Assembly: GCA_035193785.1 (NCBI GenBank)
Contig: CP136572.1
Coordinates: 5,012,578 to 5,076,577 of the forward strand
Source of the DNA: Planktothrix sp. GU0601_MAG3
Lineage (GTDB): Bacteria; Cyanobacteriota; Cyanobacteriia; Cyanobacteriales; Microcoleaceae
DNA length: 64,000 nt
Reading direction: 5' to 3'
Shown: positions 46,433-57,578 of the stretch, piece after piece
How positions within the stretch are numbered: position 1 is the stretch's first letter
Layout: every line of letters starts with the position of its first letter
Notes under the pieces: model-generated
Seen by the model: the letters and a program-made list of their open reading frames with translations, nothing else
The model's database searches: none
Told to the model about the DNA's origin: nothing
Program-made: the position numbers and the translations under genes

Positions 46433-46597
46433 TTAGAACAAAGTATAAATAAATGGTGCGATCGCAGAACCGTGACTCAGAACAATCAAAGCCCCTAATA
46501 AAACCAGTGTAATAATTAGAGGCAATAACCAATACTTTTTGCGTTCTCTCATGAACGCCCAAATATCTTTCAAAAAATCTAATGTTGCTTCAAACAC
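46433..46597 (-). CDS. DUF5989 / SxtK-like 54-aa membrane peptide (absent from ORF track)
   Basis: Manual translation from GTG: MFEATLDFLKDIWAFMRERKKYWLLPLIITLVLLGALIVLSHGSAIAPFIYTLF*; start overlaps the sxtJ-like stop. Confidence 0.9.
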   Translation of the reverse strand: MFEATLDFLKDIWAFMRERKKYWLLPLIITLVLLGALIVLSHGSAIAPFIYTLF

Positions 46598-47010
46598 TAG
46601 AAGGGACGCTCCATACTTTCTTTGGTTCTGACTTTACTCGCAACCCGATAGGTTGAGAGACTGGGATTTAATTCACGCTGCATCGAATCAGAACCGAATA
46701 GGCGTTTAATAAATCCCATCGGAGCCATCATAACGTAAAAGACGACACCGAGAATAATCTTGCTGTTAATTGCCCCCATAAATAACCCGAATTTCATCCA
46801 GATGCGATACACCGGATTTAAGGTTTTGGGGGAAATTAACGCCCAAAGGATCAGGAAGGTTCCTAATATCCATGGCCAAGTTCTGGGGGGCCAATGTCCA
46901 AATAATAGAGGTAAAACCACACCAAATAAGCCAATAATAATGGCTCCGGTTGTTAATCCAAATTCGCGTAATCCTTTGGCGTCAAGTTGGGGAATATCGT
47001 GATCAGTCAT
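46597..47010 (-). CDS. SxtJ-family membrane protein
   Basis: LREFGL, PKTLNPVYRIWMKFG, ILGVVFYVMMAPMG, C-terminal MERPF. Confidence 0.85.
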   Translation of the reverse strand: MTDHDIPQLDAKGLREFGLTTGAIIIGLFGVVLPLLFGHWPPRTWPWILGTFLILWALISPKTLNPVYRIWMKFGLFMGAINSKIILGVVFYVMMAPMGFIKRLFGSDSMQRELNPSLSTYRVASKVRTKESMERPF

Positions 47011-47029
47011 AATGTTAATTGAATTTAAC

Positions 47030-47150
47030 CGTAGTGAGGCGTTCACGCCTCCTATCTAAAGGTTCGTAGTAAGGCGTTCACGCCTTCTCTATAGAGGGTG
47101 GCAGAGCCACCAATAAAGCATTTCTAGGTAGAACCTAGAAACGAGAGAAA
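47030..47150. repeat. Small dispersed repeat cluster inside the operon
   Basis: GTAGT(G/A)AGGCGTTCACGCCT occurs twice, plus TTCTAGGTAGAACCTAGAA hairpin. Confidence 0.6.
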
Positions 47151-47152
47151 CG

Positions 47153-49085
47153 TTAATCTAATTCAAATTCTTTTTGCCAAGCATCATCTTTTTCCCAGGG
47201 GGTTTGTTCCGTTTTAGCTAATAGGAAATTCTCCAAAACCAAATAATCCATTTCCGTTCGCATAAAACAACGGTAGGCATCTTCGGGACTCCCAACAATC
47301 GGTTCTCCTCGCACGTTAAAAGAGGTATTGACTATGACAGGACAGCCCGTTTGTTTTTCAAAATGATGGATTAAATCATAATAACGGGGATTGGTTTCTT
47401 TGTGAATAGTTTGTACCCGGGCGGAATAATCAACGTGGGTAATAGAGGGAAGTTCTGAACGGGGAACATTGAGTTTTTCAATCCCAAATAGTTGTTCCTG
47501 TTCTGGAGTCATGGGAATTCTTAAACCCTCTTGAACCGGAGCCACAATTAACATATAGGGACTGGGGCGATCTAATTCAAAATAATCAGAAACTCGTTCC
47601 GCCCTTACCGATGGGGCAAAGGGTCGAAAAGACTCTCTATATTTGATTTTCAGGTTCATCACCGACTGCATTTTTTGATTGCGTGGATCACCAATAATTG
47701 AGCGTCCCCCCAAGGCTCTCGGCCCAAATTCCATCCGTCCTTGGAACCATCCGATCACGTTTCCTTGTTCTAAAATTTCCGCTAAACGGGGCATTAATTC
47801 AGGATCATCCAAGCGTAAATAGTTTGCTCCTACCGTATCTAAATACTCCTGAATTTCCCCATCACTAAATTTCGGCCCTAGATAGGAACCTTGCATATAA
47901 TCCAAGCGTTTTTGATGGGTTTTTAACGCCACAACAGCAGGCTTTGATCCGGCACTGGTTTCTAACAGTTTTTCCGCCGAAATATCAAGGGCTAAATCCG
48001 TTTCTACATTGCGCGGTTGCTGATTATATTCATACCAAACCGCTAAGGCTGCCCCCAACGCACCCCCGGCATCTCCAGCCGCCGGTTGAATCCAAATATC
48101 TTTAAATGGCCCTTCCCGCAGAATCCGGCCGTTAGCCACGCAGTTGAGGGCTACACCCCCCGCCAAACATAGATAATCAACGTTTAATTCCTTCTGCACA
48201 CTGCGGGTCAGACGTAACACCACTTCTTCCGTTACTACCTGAATTGAGGCGGCAATGTCCATTTCCCTCTGACTAATGGGGGTTTCTGGCTTGCGAGGCG
48301 GGCCACCAAACAGTTGATCAAACTTGGTGTTGGTCATAGTCAGACCGACGGCATAATTAAAATATTCCATATTTAATCGGAATGTGCCATCATCTTTTAA
48401 ATCAATTAAATGGGTGAGGATTTTATCAACATAAATGGGTTCTCCGTAAGGAGCTAATCCCATTAATTTATATTCCCCGGAGTTAACTTTAAACCCGGTA
48501 TAATAGGTAAAAGCCGAATAAAGTAAACCCAAAGAATGGGGAAAATCTATTTCCCAAACCGGGGTTAAACTATTGCCATCTCCCAACCAAACGGAGGTTG
48601 TCGCCCATTCTCCCACACCGTCTAAACACATCACCGCCGCTTTTTGGAAGGGACTGGGAAAGAAAGCAGAAGCCGCGTGGGATTGATGATGTTCAGTAAA
48701 TAATAACGGGGGAAGTTTGGCTTTTTTAGCCCCGGCTATGGTGGCTAATTCTTTTTTTAATACGGTTTTTAGGTAAAGTTTTTCTTTTAACCAAACGGGC
48801 ATGGCCTTAACAAAAGAACGAAATCCTCGGGGCACATAGCTGATGTAGGTTTCTAGGAGTCGTTTCAAATTTCACCAGGGGTTTATCGTAGAAAACCACC
48901 TGATCAATTTCAAAAAAGGTGATGTTTGCTTCCTGAAGACAATAGCGGATGGCGTTGGCGGGAAATCCTGGGTCGTGCTTTTTGCGCGTAAACCTTTCTT
49001 CCTGGGCTGCGGCCACGATCTTGCCATCACAGACGAGTGCCGCGGCACTGTCATGGTAGTAGGCTGAAATTCCAAGTATGTTCAT
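47153..49085 (-). CDS. O-carbamoyltransferase, NodU/CmcH/SxtI family (frameshift near 48865)
   Basis: MNILGISAYYHDSAAAL, AQEERFTRKKHD, EHHQSHAASAF, DGVGE, EYKLMGLAPYG, GGVALNC, EFGPRALG, NTSFNVRGEP. Confidence 0.95.
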
Positions 49086-49284
49086 CGATGTCTCCTCACT
49101 AGGCGCAGTCGAGCCTGTCTGTGATTATAAAGAAAAAAGAAATAATCCAGAGATTATAGCGTTAACTGGACAATCTGCTGCAAAAGTTGACGGTTGGCTG
49201 TTGACTGTTGACTTTGAGCGGGCATGGTATGCTAATTTATTTATATTCTACGATAAATAATAATAATAAAATAGGAGTTTTGTT

Positions 49285-50914
49285 GTGCGTTTTTTTCTCC
49301 TGATTGTGCTGATATTGGGCATATTTTTTCGCTTCACTCATCTTGACCATAAAGTGTACTGGTACGATGAAGCCATAACATCTCTACGAGCTTCTGGTTA
49401 TACTGAACAAGAAGTTGTTCAGCACTTTTCCCAACAGTCAGTGGTTAGTGTAACGGAACTCCAGCACTATCAACACCCTGATGGAACAAGAAGCATTATT
49501 GATACAGCCAAAAGTTTAGTCAAGGAAGACCCACAGCATCCGCCATTATACTACATTTTGGTAAATATTTGGTTTCATATAATTGGTAGTTCACCAACAT
49601 TATCGAGGTTGTTACCTGCGTTACTCAGCTTGCTGGCATTTCCCAGTGCTTATTGGCTGTGTCAAGAGATATTTATTGAAACAGGGGTTTTTGCTTCCAG
49701 GTTGTCTACCTATTTAATGATCGGATTCATTGCCGTTTCGCCATTTCATGTCATTTATGCCCAGGAATCAAGACAATACAGTCTATGGGTTGTAACAACT
49801 TTACTTTCAAACGCAGCTTTATTACGAGCAATACGAGTTAATACGGGGATGAGTTGGGGTATTTATACCTTTACTGTGGTCATCAGTTTTTATACCTTTC
49901 TTCTGAGTGGACTAACGATGATTGCTCAGGGTTTTTATATTATCCTTGTTTATGGTTTTAGTCATATAAAAATCCTCAAAAACTACATTGTCTCATCCTT
50001 GCTAAGTGCTATATTTTTTGTCCCTTATATTTGGATTCTAATTATTAATCAGTCTCAAGCTGAAAAAGGTCTGGAGTGGTCATTTCTTTACAGTCTTAAA
50101 AACTCAGAACTCAGGGATATCTGGATTCAGCATCTTGGTCGGCTCTTTTTTGATGTTAATCAAGAAACCCTGGGATTTTTATGTGCATCGAGTATTGTTA
50201 GTGTTGGTTTTATATGCTTTTTATTACCTCTGTCGTCAAACGCCCATGTCAGTTTGGTTAATGATTATCCTTCTGACTGCTGTTAGCACAATGCCTTTAA
50301 TGATACCCGACTGGATTTTAGGAGGAAGGCGCTCGATAACATTACGATATATGATTCCTGGATTATTGGGAGTTCAACTTGCTATTACTTACTTGCTAGG
50401 AAGAAATTTAGCTAGTCCTTCGTTAAATTTTTGGCATCAGAAATTTTGGCAATTAGTTTTAGTTATCCTGCTTTCTGGAAGTATCTTGTCCTGTGCTGTT
50501 AGCTCTCAAGCAACAGTTTGGTATAATAAAACTTTTGGCATTAATGGAGAAAATATAGCTGTTGCTAAAATTGTTAATCAGACGACTCATCCTCTTTTGA
50601 TTAGCGATGAAAGAGTAGGTCATCTTTTATCTTTAAGCTATTCACTTAAACCAACTGTACAAATTCTCCTTCAACCTTCCTGCGCTACCTGTCCAATTCA
50701 TTCTTCTAGCATATTTGGAGTTCAACTACCAGTAGTAGAAGAATTTAATCGCTTTAGTGATGTTTTTTTATACCGATATCCTCCTAGTAATGAATGGATT
50801 AAGGAATTAGCAAAACAGAAAAATTATAAATTTCAACCTGTTGTATTTGGATTTGTTGAATGGTTAAAAGATAAGCCTGTGCTTTGGAGAGTTATCCCGA
50901 TTGAGACTCAGTAG
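49285..50914 (+). CDS. GT-C fold membrane glycosyltransferase (GT39/ArnT-like; frameshift near 50170)
   Basis: KVYWYDE, EDPQHPPLYY, YAQESRQYSL and multiple TM segments. Confidence 0.85.
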
Positions 50915-51066
50915 GTGTAGGAATATAGTGTCTGAACTGATGCACCCCCAAGACTCGTTATAGATAGACTTAATTATTGGCAGTTGGCAGGTTTAGAAAA
51001 TATCTATCTTGAAGATAGTTTGAAAATTTCACCATTCCCAAACCCATAATCTAATTATTAATTAAT

Positions 51067-51288
51067 TTATTGATTTTCTATTTCATCATATAAACTTTCA
51101 ACTAAATTTTCTAATTTTTCTTCAGAACAACAGTCAATTAACATATCAAAAGCATCCAGCAGTTTAGCGGCATTTTCTCCCAAAATCGGACTCATATCCC
51201 AAACATCCTGTACCCAGTCCCGAGGGAGTTCATCATCAAAAATCATGCGTTCTAAAATTTGTCTGGCTTCGGTTTTACTCAGGGTCAT
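51067..51288 (-). CDS. Conserved cyanobacterial hypothetical protein
   Basis: 73-aa acidic ORF with DWVQDVWDMSPILGE motif. Confidence 0.65.
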   Translation of the reverse strand: MTLSKTEARQILERMIFDDELPRDWVQDVWDMSPILGENAAKLLDAFDMLIDCCSEEKLENLVESLYDEIENQ

Positions 51289-51381
51289 AATACTGCAAAA
51301 TTCCTAAGATTGGCACTTCAACTATAATATCAAATTCTGGTGATCCGTTGGGTTACAGAAGATACAACCCAACTTTTAGAA

Positions 51382-51976
51382 TCAATCACTATAGCGTTCT
51401 TCTGCCCAGGGTTTCCCCCCTTTTATGATAACCATTGAGTTCCCAAAAGCCCAATTCCTCATGATCCAAAAACTCTAACCCGTTAATCCATTTTCCACTT
51501 TTCCAAGCATATAAATGGGGAACTACTAACCGCAGAGGGCCACCATGATCGGCGGATAAGGGTTCATCAAAAACTTGATAGGCGAAAAAGTTTTCTTCGC
51601 GTAAAAAATCCGCCATTGAAAGATTAGTGGTATAACCGCCATAGCAATGTTCCATAATATGAATTGCTTGGGGATCAACTTCAACAAACTGCATGAAGTC
51701 CGTAACCTTTATTCCTGTCCACTGCACATCTAATTTCGACCAATGGGTAACGCAATGAAAATCCGCAGTAAAGTTACTTTTAGGCATTGCCATCATCTCA
51801 GACCAACTAAAGGTTTTGGGCTGGACTAAACCCCAAACTTTTAACTGCCAATTCTCGATAGAAACTTGGGGGGTTTCCCCATAGGTTAAAACCGGAAATC
51901 CTTTGCTCAGATGTTGTTTTGGGGGAACGCGATCGCTCTGATCAGAAGTCGGCTTACTGAAAAATTTACCTAACAT
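51382..51976 (-). CDS. Sulfite oxidase-like molybdopterin oxidoreductase (indel near C-terminus)
   Basis: DFHCVTHWS, HGGPLRLVVPHLYAWKSGKW, GFWELNGYH. Confidence 0.9.
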
Positions 51977-52026
51977 GATTAACCCCTAACGACCAGTTTT
52001 ATAAGTATACTATTAAACACCTAATT

Positions 52027-52677
52027 TTAATTGGAATTAGGGGTGGGTTTGCCAAAAATTGTAAAAGACATTTTTCCGGTTAAGCCACTTTTCCAAGCCC
52101 AGCCATCCCGATCTCTAAAAAAGATTTTTAGATCGTCATCCTGTAACTGGGTTTGGGGGTCAGTGGTCATCCATAACCAGTCATCTGTATGACCCTGGGT
52201 ATTATTAACAATGGATAACAAATAACGTCCCGCTTCTAGTTGAAACGGGATCACCGAACCCACATAATTAAATACGGGATGGGAAAACCTTTCAATATTA
52301 GTTTTAGTTGGGCGAACTTTCCTTAACTGCACCTCAATTTTAGGGGTAATTTCTGGAATTCCTTCAACCATTTTAAAAATTCTCAAGGAAAATTTATCCT
52401 TTGAAGGTTGACCCTCGGGGAAATATTGACCATGCCAATCAATTTGATCTACTTCAACTGTTTCATCAAGGATAAATTCATAGCCAATTTGTTGTTGTCC
52501 TGAAAAATATTGCCCATCAAAATCACTCAATAATCCAAAGGAACCATTGCCCTCACCGGAACCGAAAATCACCTCAGCATTGACCGAAATCAAAGAATAG
52601 TTAGCCCAAATTAAACCACTCAAAAATCCCGTCCAAACTATCGCAGATGAATTGAAAAACTTAATTTTTTTTGACAC
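52027..52677 (-). CDS. Putative exported hypothetical protein
   Basis: 216-aa ORF with signal-peptide-like N-terminus (..SVNA/E) and beta-rich body. Confidence 0.65.
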   Translation of the reverse strand: MSKKIKFFNSSAIVWTGFLSGLIWANYSLISVNAEVIFGSGEGNGSFGLLSDFDGQYFSGQQQIGYEFILDETVEVDQIDWHGQYFPEGQPSKDKFSLRIFKMVEGIPEITPKIEVQLRKVRPTKTNIERFSHPVFNYVGSVIPFQLEAGRYLLSIVNNTQGHTDDWLWMTTDPQTQLQDDDLKIFFRDRDGWAWKSGLTGKMSFTIFGKPTPNSN

Positions 52678-52754
52678 AATAAAACTTGATAATTGACCTT
52701 AAAAACTTAAATTACTATACAATAGTAACAGTGAACGTTAACTCAATCCTCTCT

Positions 52755-53300
52755 ATGATACCTGCTCCGATCCCAGATAACGAAAAAGAACGATTAGAAG
52801 CCCTGTATGACTATCAAATTCTCGATACCCAAGCGGAACCTTCTTTTGATGAACTAACCCTTCTAGCGACCTATATTTGTAAAACACCCATTGCTTTAAT
52901 TAGTTTACTCGATCGCGATCGCCAATGGTTTAAATCTATTATTGGCCCGATGCCACCGGAAACGACTCGGGAGATTGCCTTTTCTTCCTATTGTATTTTA
53001 CAGGATGATTTTATGATTGTTCCTGATACCTTAAAAGATGAAAGATTTATCGATAATCCCCTGGTTATATCCGAACCAAAAATCCGTTTTTATGGAGGTT
53101 TTCCTTTAATTAATAATCAAGGTTTTGCCATTGGCAGCCTATGTGTAATGGATTTTATGCCTCGCAATTTAGCCATGGCTCAAACGGAATCTTTAAAACT
53201 CATTAATCATCAAATTATGAGACAATTAAACATCCATCGCCATCTTTCTAGGATCAACCAAGCTGTTAATTATTGTTTAAAATCATTAACAGACAGCTAA
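52755..53300 (+). CDS. Standalone GAF domain protein
   Basis: PIPDNEKERLEALYDYQILDT, ALISLLDRDRQWFKS, IRFYGGFPL, GSLCVMD. Confidence 0.88.
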   Translation: MIPAPIPDNEKERLEALYDYQILDTQAEPSFDELTLLATYICKTPIALISLLDRDRQWFKSIIGPMPPETTREIAFSSYCILQDDFMIVPDTLKDERFIDNPLVISEPKIRFYGGFPLINNQGFAIGSLCVMDFMPRNLAMAQTESLKLINHQIMRQLNIHRHLSRINQAVNYCLKSLTDS

Positions 53301-53331
53301 TTTTTATTGAGATTTTATTCCCCCTTAACCT

Positions 53332-53968
53332 ATGTATCCTAACGTTACAATTATTGAGCATCCTTTGGTTCAACATAAACTAACCTTGATGCGACGAGAG
53401 CAAACCAGTACCGCTAAATTTCGGCAATTGTTGCGGGAAATTAGTATGTTATTAGCCTATGAAATTACCCGGGATTTACCCCTAAAAAAAGAGTTAATTC
53501 AAACCCCCCTTTCTGCCATGGAAGCGCCGATTTTAGCCTCGGAGAAAAAAATGGTGATTGTCTCGATCATGCGGGCAGGTCAGGGAATTTTAGATGGAAT
53601 TTTAGAATTAATTCCTTCCGCAAGGGTCGGACATATTGGTTTATATCGAGACCCCCGAAACCTTTATCCCCATTGAATATTATTTTAAGCTTCCTGATGA
53701 TATGGAAGAACGGGAAGTTTTAGTAGTTGATCCGATGATTGCTACGGGAAATACAGCCATTGCCGCCATCCAAAGATTGAAACAAACTAACCCATTTTCG
53801 GTCAAATTTCTATGTTTAATTGCTTCTCCAGAAGGAATTAAACATTTTCATTCCTATCACCCCGATGTTTCTCTTTATACGGCTGCTATTGATGATCATT
53901 TGGATGAACATGGATATATTATTCCCGGGTTAGGGGATGCGGGCGATCGCCTATTTGGAACCAAATAA
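53332..53968 (+). CDS. upp: Uracil phosphoribosyltransferase (frameshift near 53655)
   Basis: [49 protein letters not shown]. Confidence 0.95.
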
Positions 53969-53985
53969 TAGAGGTTAATTTTAAG

Positions 53986-55465
53986 ATGAAAACAATTGAA
54001 ATTTTACCGAACTATATTAATGGAAAATGGTGTTCCTCTAAGGCAACAGAAACCTTAGAGATCATCAACCCCGCCACCTTAGAAGTATTAGCAAAAGTTC
54101 CCCTTTCTCCAGCAACGGAACTGCATCAGGTGGCAGAAATCGCCCAAAAATCCTTTGATTCCTGGCGACAAACTCCGGTTACAGAACGGATTCGTTATCT
54201 GTTTAAACTGAGAGAATTACTCGAACAAAATCAACAGGATTTGGCGGAAACTATTACCTTAGAATGTGGAAAAACCCGGGCTGAATCTCTGGGAGAATTA
54301 CAACGGGCGATTGAAAATGTGGAAGTGGCTTGTGGTGTTCCTAGCTTAATTCAAGGTTATAATTCCGAAGATATTGCTAGGGGAATTGATGAAATGATGA
54401 TTCGTCAACCTTTAGGAGTTGTGGCGATTATTTCCCCATTTAATTTTCCGGGGATGATTCCGTTTTGGTTTTTTCCTTATGCGATCGCCTGTGGCAATAC
54501 TTGTATTATTAAACCCTCGGAAAAAGTCCCCCTAACCATGCAAAAGGTTTTTGCTTTAATTGATCAATTAGGACTACCCCCAGGGGTGATTAATTTAGTC
54601 AATGGGGCTAAAGAAACCGTTGATGCAATTTTAGAAAATCCCCAAATTAAAGCGATTAGTTTTGTCGGTTTCCACGGCCGTTGCTAAATATGTCTATAGT
54701 CGGGCGGCTGCCCATGGTAAAAGGGCGCAATGTCAGGGCGGAGCAAAAAATCCGGTGATTATTTTACCCGATGCTGATTTAGAAATGACCACAAAAATTA
54801 TTGCTGATAGTGCCTTTGGTTGTGCCGGACAAAGGTGTTTAGCCACCTCGATTGCGATTACTATTGGTCAAGCTAAACAGAGTTTTACCGATGCGATCGC
54901 CACGGCTGCGGAAACTCGAATTGTTGGTTATGGATTAGATAAAAATGTCCAAATGGGAACGGTTATTTCTGCTGAAAGTAAAACTCGAATTGAAGGATTA
55001 ATTCAACAGGGAAAACAGGAAGGAGGCAAAATTTTAATTGATGGCAGAAATCCGACAATTTCCGGTTATGAACAGGGTTATTTTATCCGCCCGACTATTT
55101 TACAAGATATTAACCCCCAGGGAGAAATTGCCCGCACCGAAATTTTTGGCCCCGTATTAAGTTTAATTCATCTGAATACTCTTGAAGAAGCGATCGGATT
55201 AATTAATCAAAGTGAATATGGCAATATGGCCTGTTTATTTACTCGCAGTGGGGCGGCGGCGCGACAGTTTCGCTATCAAGTTCAAGCGGGAAATATAGGA
55301 ATTAATATTGGTGTCGCCGCACCGATGGCATTCTTTCCTTTTAGTGGTTGGAAAAATAGCTTTTTTGGCGATTTACACGGTCAAGGACAGCAGGCGGTTG
55401 AGTTTTTTACTCAAACAAAAGTTGTAGTTGAACGGTGGTTATCTGACTGGTCACGACAATTTTAA
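53986..55465 (+). CDS. mmsA: CoA-acylating methylmalonate/malonate-semialdehyde dehydrogenase (frameshift near 54670)
   Basis: [46 protein letters not shown]. Confidence 0.9.
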
Positions 55466-55517
55466 CCTAAGTTTAAATATTGACTTTGGGGGCGAGGAAA
55501 CCCCGCCCCGATCTGTT

Positions 55518-56703
55518 TTAGTGATGGTGGTGGTGATCGTGACCATGATGATGATCATGCTCATGATCATGACCGTGGTGGTGATCATTGTGGCTATGAA
55601 CACTCACCAGGGAAGGATTAACCGCCAAAGCCATTTCATTTAATAAGGCTTCAATTTGGGGATTAGCCCAATCTGCGGCCATTTTTAGAAACTCGGGATG
55701 GTCGTTAACACACTCCATTTGCACATATTTAACATCGGCATATTTGCGACGTAAACCCTCAATAATATGCTCAACATCTAAGAGGGTTTCATGGTTTTCC
55801 GTGGCAAATCCAATCGGCATAAACACAATGGCTTTCGCCCCTAATTCAATTAAATTATTCGCCGCCAATTGAGCGTTAGGTTGCGTCCATTCAATTAAGG
55901 GAGTATCGTGGTTTAACCAACCCACAGAAATTAACGGATAACGGTTAATTAAATTTTCCCGTACCTGTTCATAAAGTGCCTGACTTTCATCAATTCCCGA
56001 GGTAAATCCTTTGGCTTTGTGGGGACAACCATGGTTCATTAAAACAATCCCAATTTGAGAGGGGAGACAGGATTGAATCAGACCGTGTTGAATTTTGTCT
56101 TCTACCAACTTTCCGAGCAGTTGAATATAGGCAGGTTCATTATAAAAAGAGGGGATATACCGTTGACCTTTTACCCAATGCTCACCTTCATCTGCTAATT
56201 TTTCCAGGGCCAGATTCACCTGTTCCACGGCGATTCCACTGGTAAAAATAGAATCAACCACTAACAGGGGATAAATTAACAGTTTATCAAATCCTTCGGC
56301 TTGAACTTGAGCTAAAACCTGTTCTGGCAGAAAGGGAGCGCAGAAGTTAAAGGCTTTAAAAACTTTAATCTGATCGCCCCATTTTTCTTTTAAATGTTCC
56401 TCAATTCCCACCCGTTGTTTCTCAAAAATTGCATTATGGGGAGAAATAAAATTCCCATGTTGATGACTCCATTCATGGAGATCAAACATCGCTAAAAGTT
56501 TAGCCAAAGGCGGATAGATCCAGGTGGGAAACCGGGGCAAATTTAGCGGTTAAAAGATTCAAAGCCTGTTCGTTATAATTGGCAAAGTCTTCATAACTCT
56601 CGACTTCACCATAGCCCATGAGTAAAACCGCCAGTCGGTTTTTCCCCTTGGCATCGGTAGGCGTCGAATTAATTATGTCCAATTTTTCAGGAGTGGCAAC
56701 CAA
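55518..56703 (-). CDS. Ferrochelatase-family chelatase with poly-His C-terminal tail (frameshift near 56530)
   Basis: VLLMGYGE, MNHGCP, EWTQP, PIGFATENHETLLD, CVNDHPEF; His-rich tail. Confidence 0.85.
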
Positions 56704-56822
56704 GTTTTTGTCCTCACGTTCAAGTGCTGCTATCGAGTCCTGCTAAGGAACTGTCCCCAACGTTATCATACGGGGGGATATTCTATATGATGACTCTCCT
56801 TAATAGTCTAACATCCCCTACT

Positions 56823-56971
56823 GGGGGAAGGGGAAGGGGCAGGGCGGGGGGAGTAGGGGAGGCAGGGGGAGCGGGGGAGGTAGGGGAGGCAGGGGGAGCG
56901 GGGGAGGTAGGGGAGGCAGGGGGAGGCAGGGGGAGCGGGGGAGGCAGGGGGAGCGGGGGAGGCAGGGGGAG
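56823..56971. repeat. G-rich 9-mer tandem repeat
   Basis: GGGGAGGCA / GGGGGAGCG / GGGGAGGTA units, reverse-complement family of 18957-19100. Confidence 0.85.
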
Positions 56972-57007
56972 TAGTGCGTCTAAAGGTCAACAGTCAATCA
57001 TTGAAAA

Positions 57008-57553
57008 ATGCTATTAATTTGTCCTGGAATTCATCCACCGGAATTAACGGAATCTTTTTTAGATGGAGTTTTGAAAAATTGGAGAAATCAACAACAATTG
57101 GGAGAATTATTGATTTTTCCAACTCAAGATTATTCTGCCTATTCTAGTCTTGATATTTTGAATTTTATCGATAAAAACAATCCCAAATCTGCTATAATGA
57201 TCATAGCTTTTAGTGCCGGAGTTGTTGGAGCAATGGGGGCTGCTTTAGTTTGGCAACAATGGGGAAAGGAAATTCAAGGATTAATTGCGATCGATGGTTG
57301 GGGCGTTCCTTTAGGGGGGAATTTCCCGATTTATCGCATCAGCCATGATTATTTTACCCATTGGAGTTCCGCATTATTAGGAGGAGGAATAGAAAGTTTT
57401 TATGCCGATCCTGCCGTTGAACATTTAGAAGTATGGCGATCGCCCCAAACCGCAAAAGGATGGTGGATACATCAAACCGCAACGGGATTACAAACCGCAA
57501 CGCCCACCACTGCCACAACATTTATTCAAAATGTATTCCATCGTTTAAACTAG
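57008..57553 (+). CDS. Conserved cyanobacterial alpha/beta-hydrolase-like protein
   Basis: ICPGIHPPELT, IAFSAGVVG nucleophile-elbow-like motif, DGWGVPL, SHDYFTHWS. Confidence 0.7.
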   Translation: MLLICPGIHPPELTESFLDGVLKNWRNQQQLGELLIFPTQDYSAYSSLDILNFIDKNNPKSAIMIIAFSAGVVGAMGAALVWQQWGKEIQGLIAIDGWGVPLGGNFPIYRISHDYFTHWSSALLGGGIESFYADPAVEHLEVWRSPQTAKGWWIHQTATGLQTATPTTATTFIQNVFHRLN

Positions 57554-57578
57554 AGAAACTAATTCAATATTTAGAAAA

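Noticed and set aside
43989..49085. Saxitoxin gene cluster (sxtI/J/K/L homologs)
   Set aside because: No sxtA, sxtG, sxtB or other core genes in the window; this module alone is not evidence of toxin production.
56724..57017. Gly-rich ORF and its antisense Pro-rich ORF
   Set aside because: Products of the G-rich tandem repeat.
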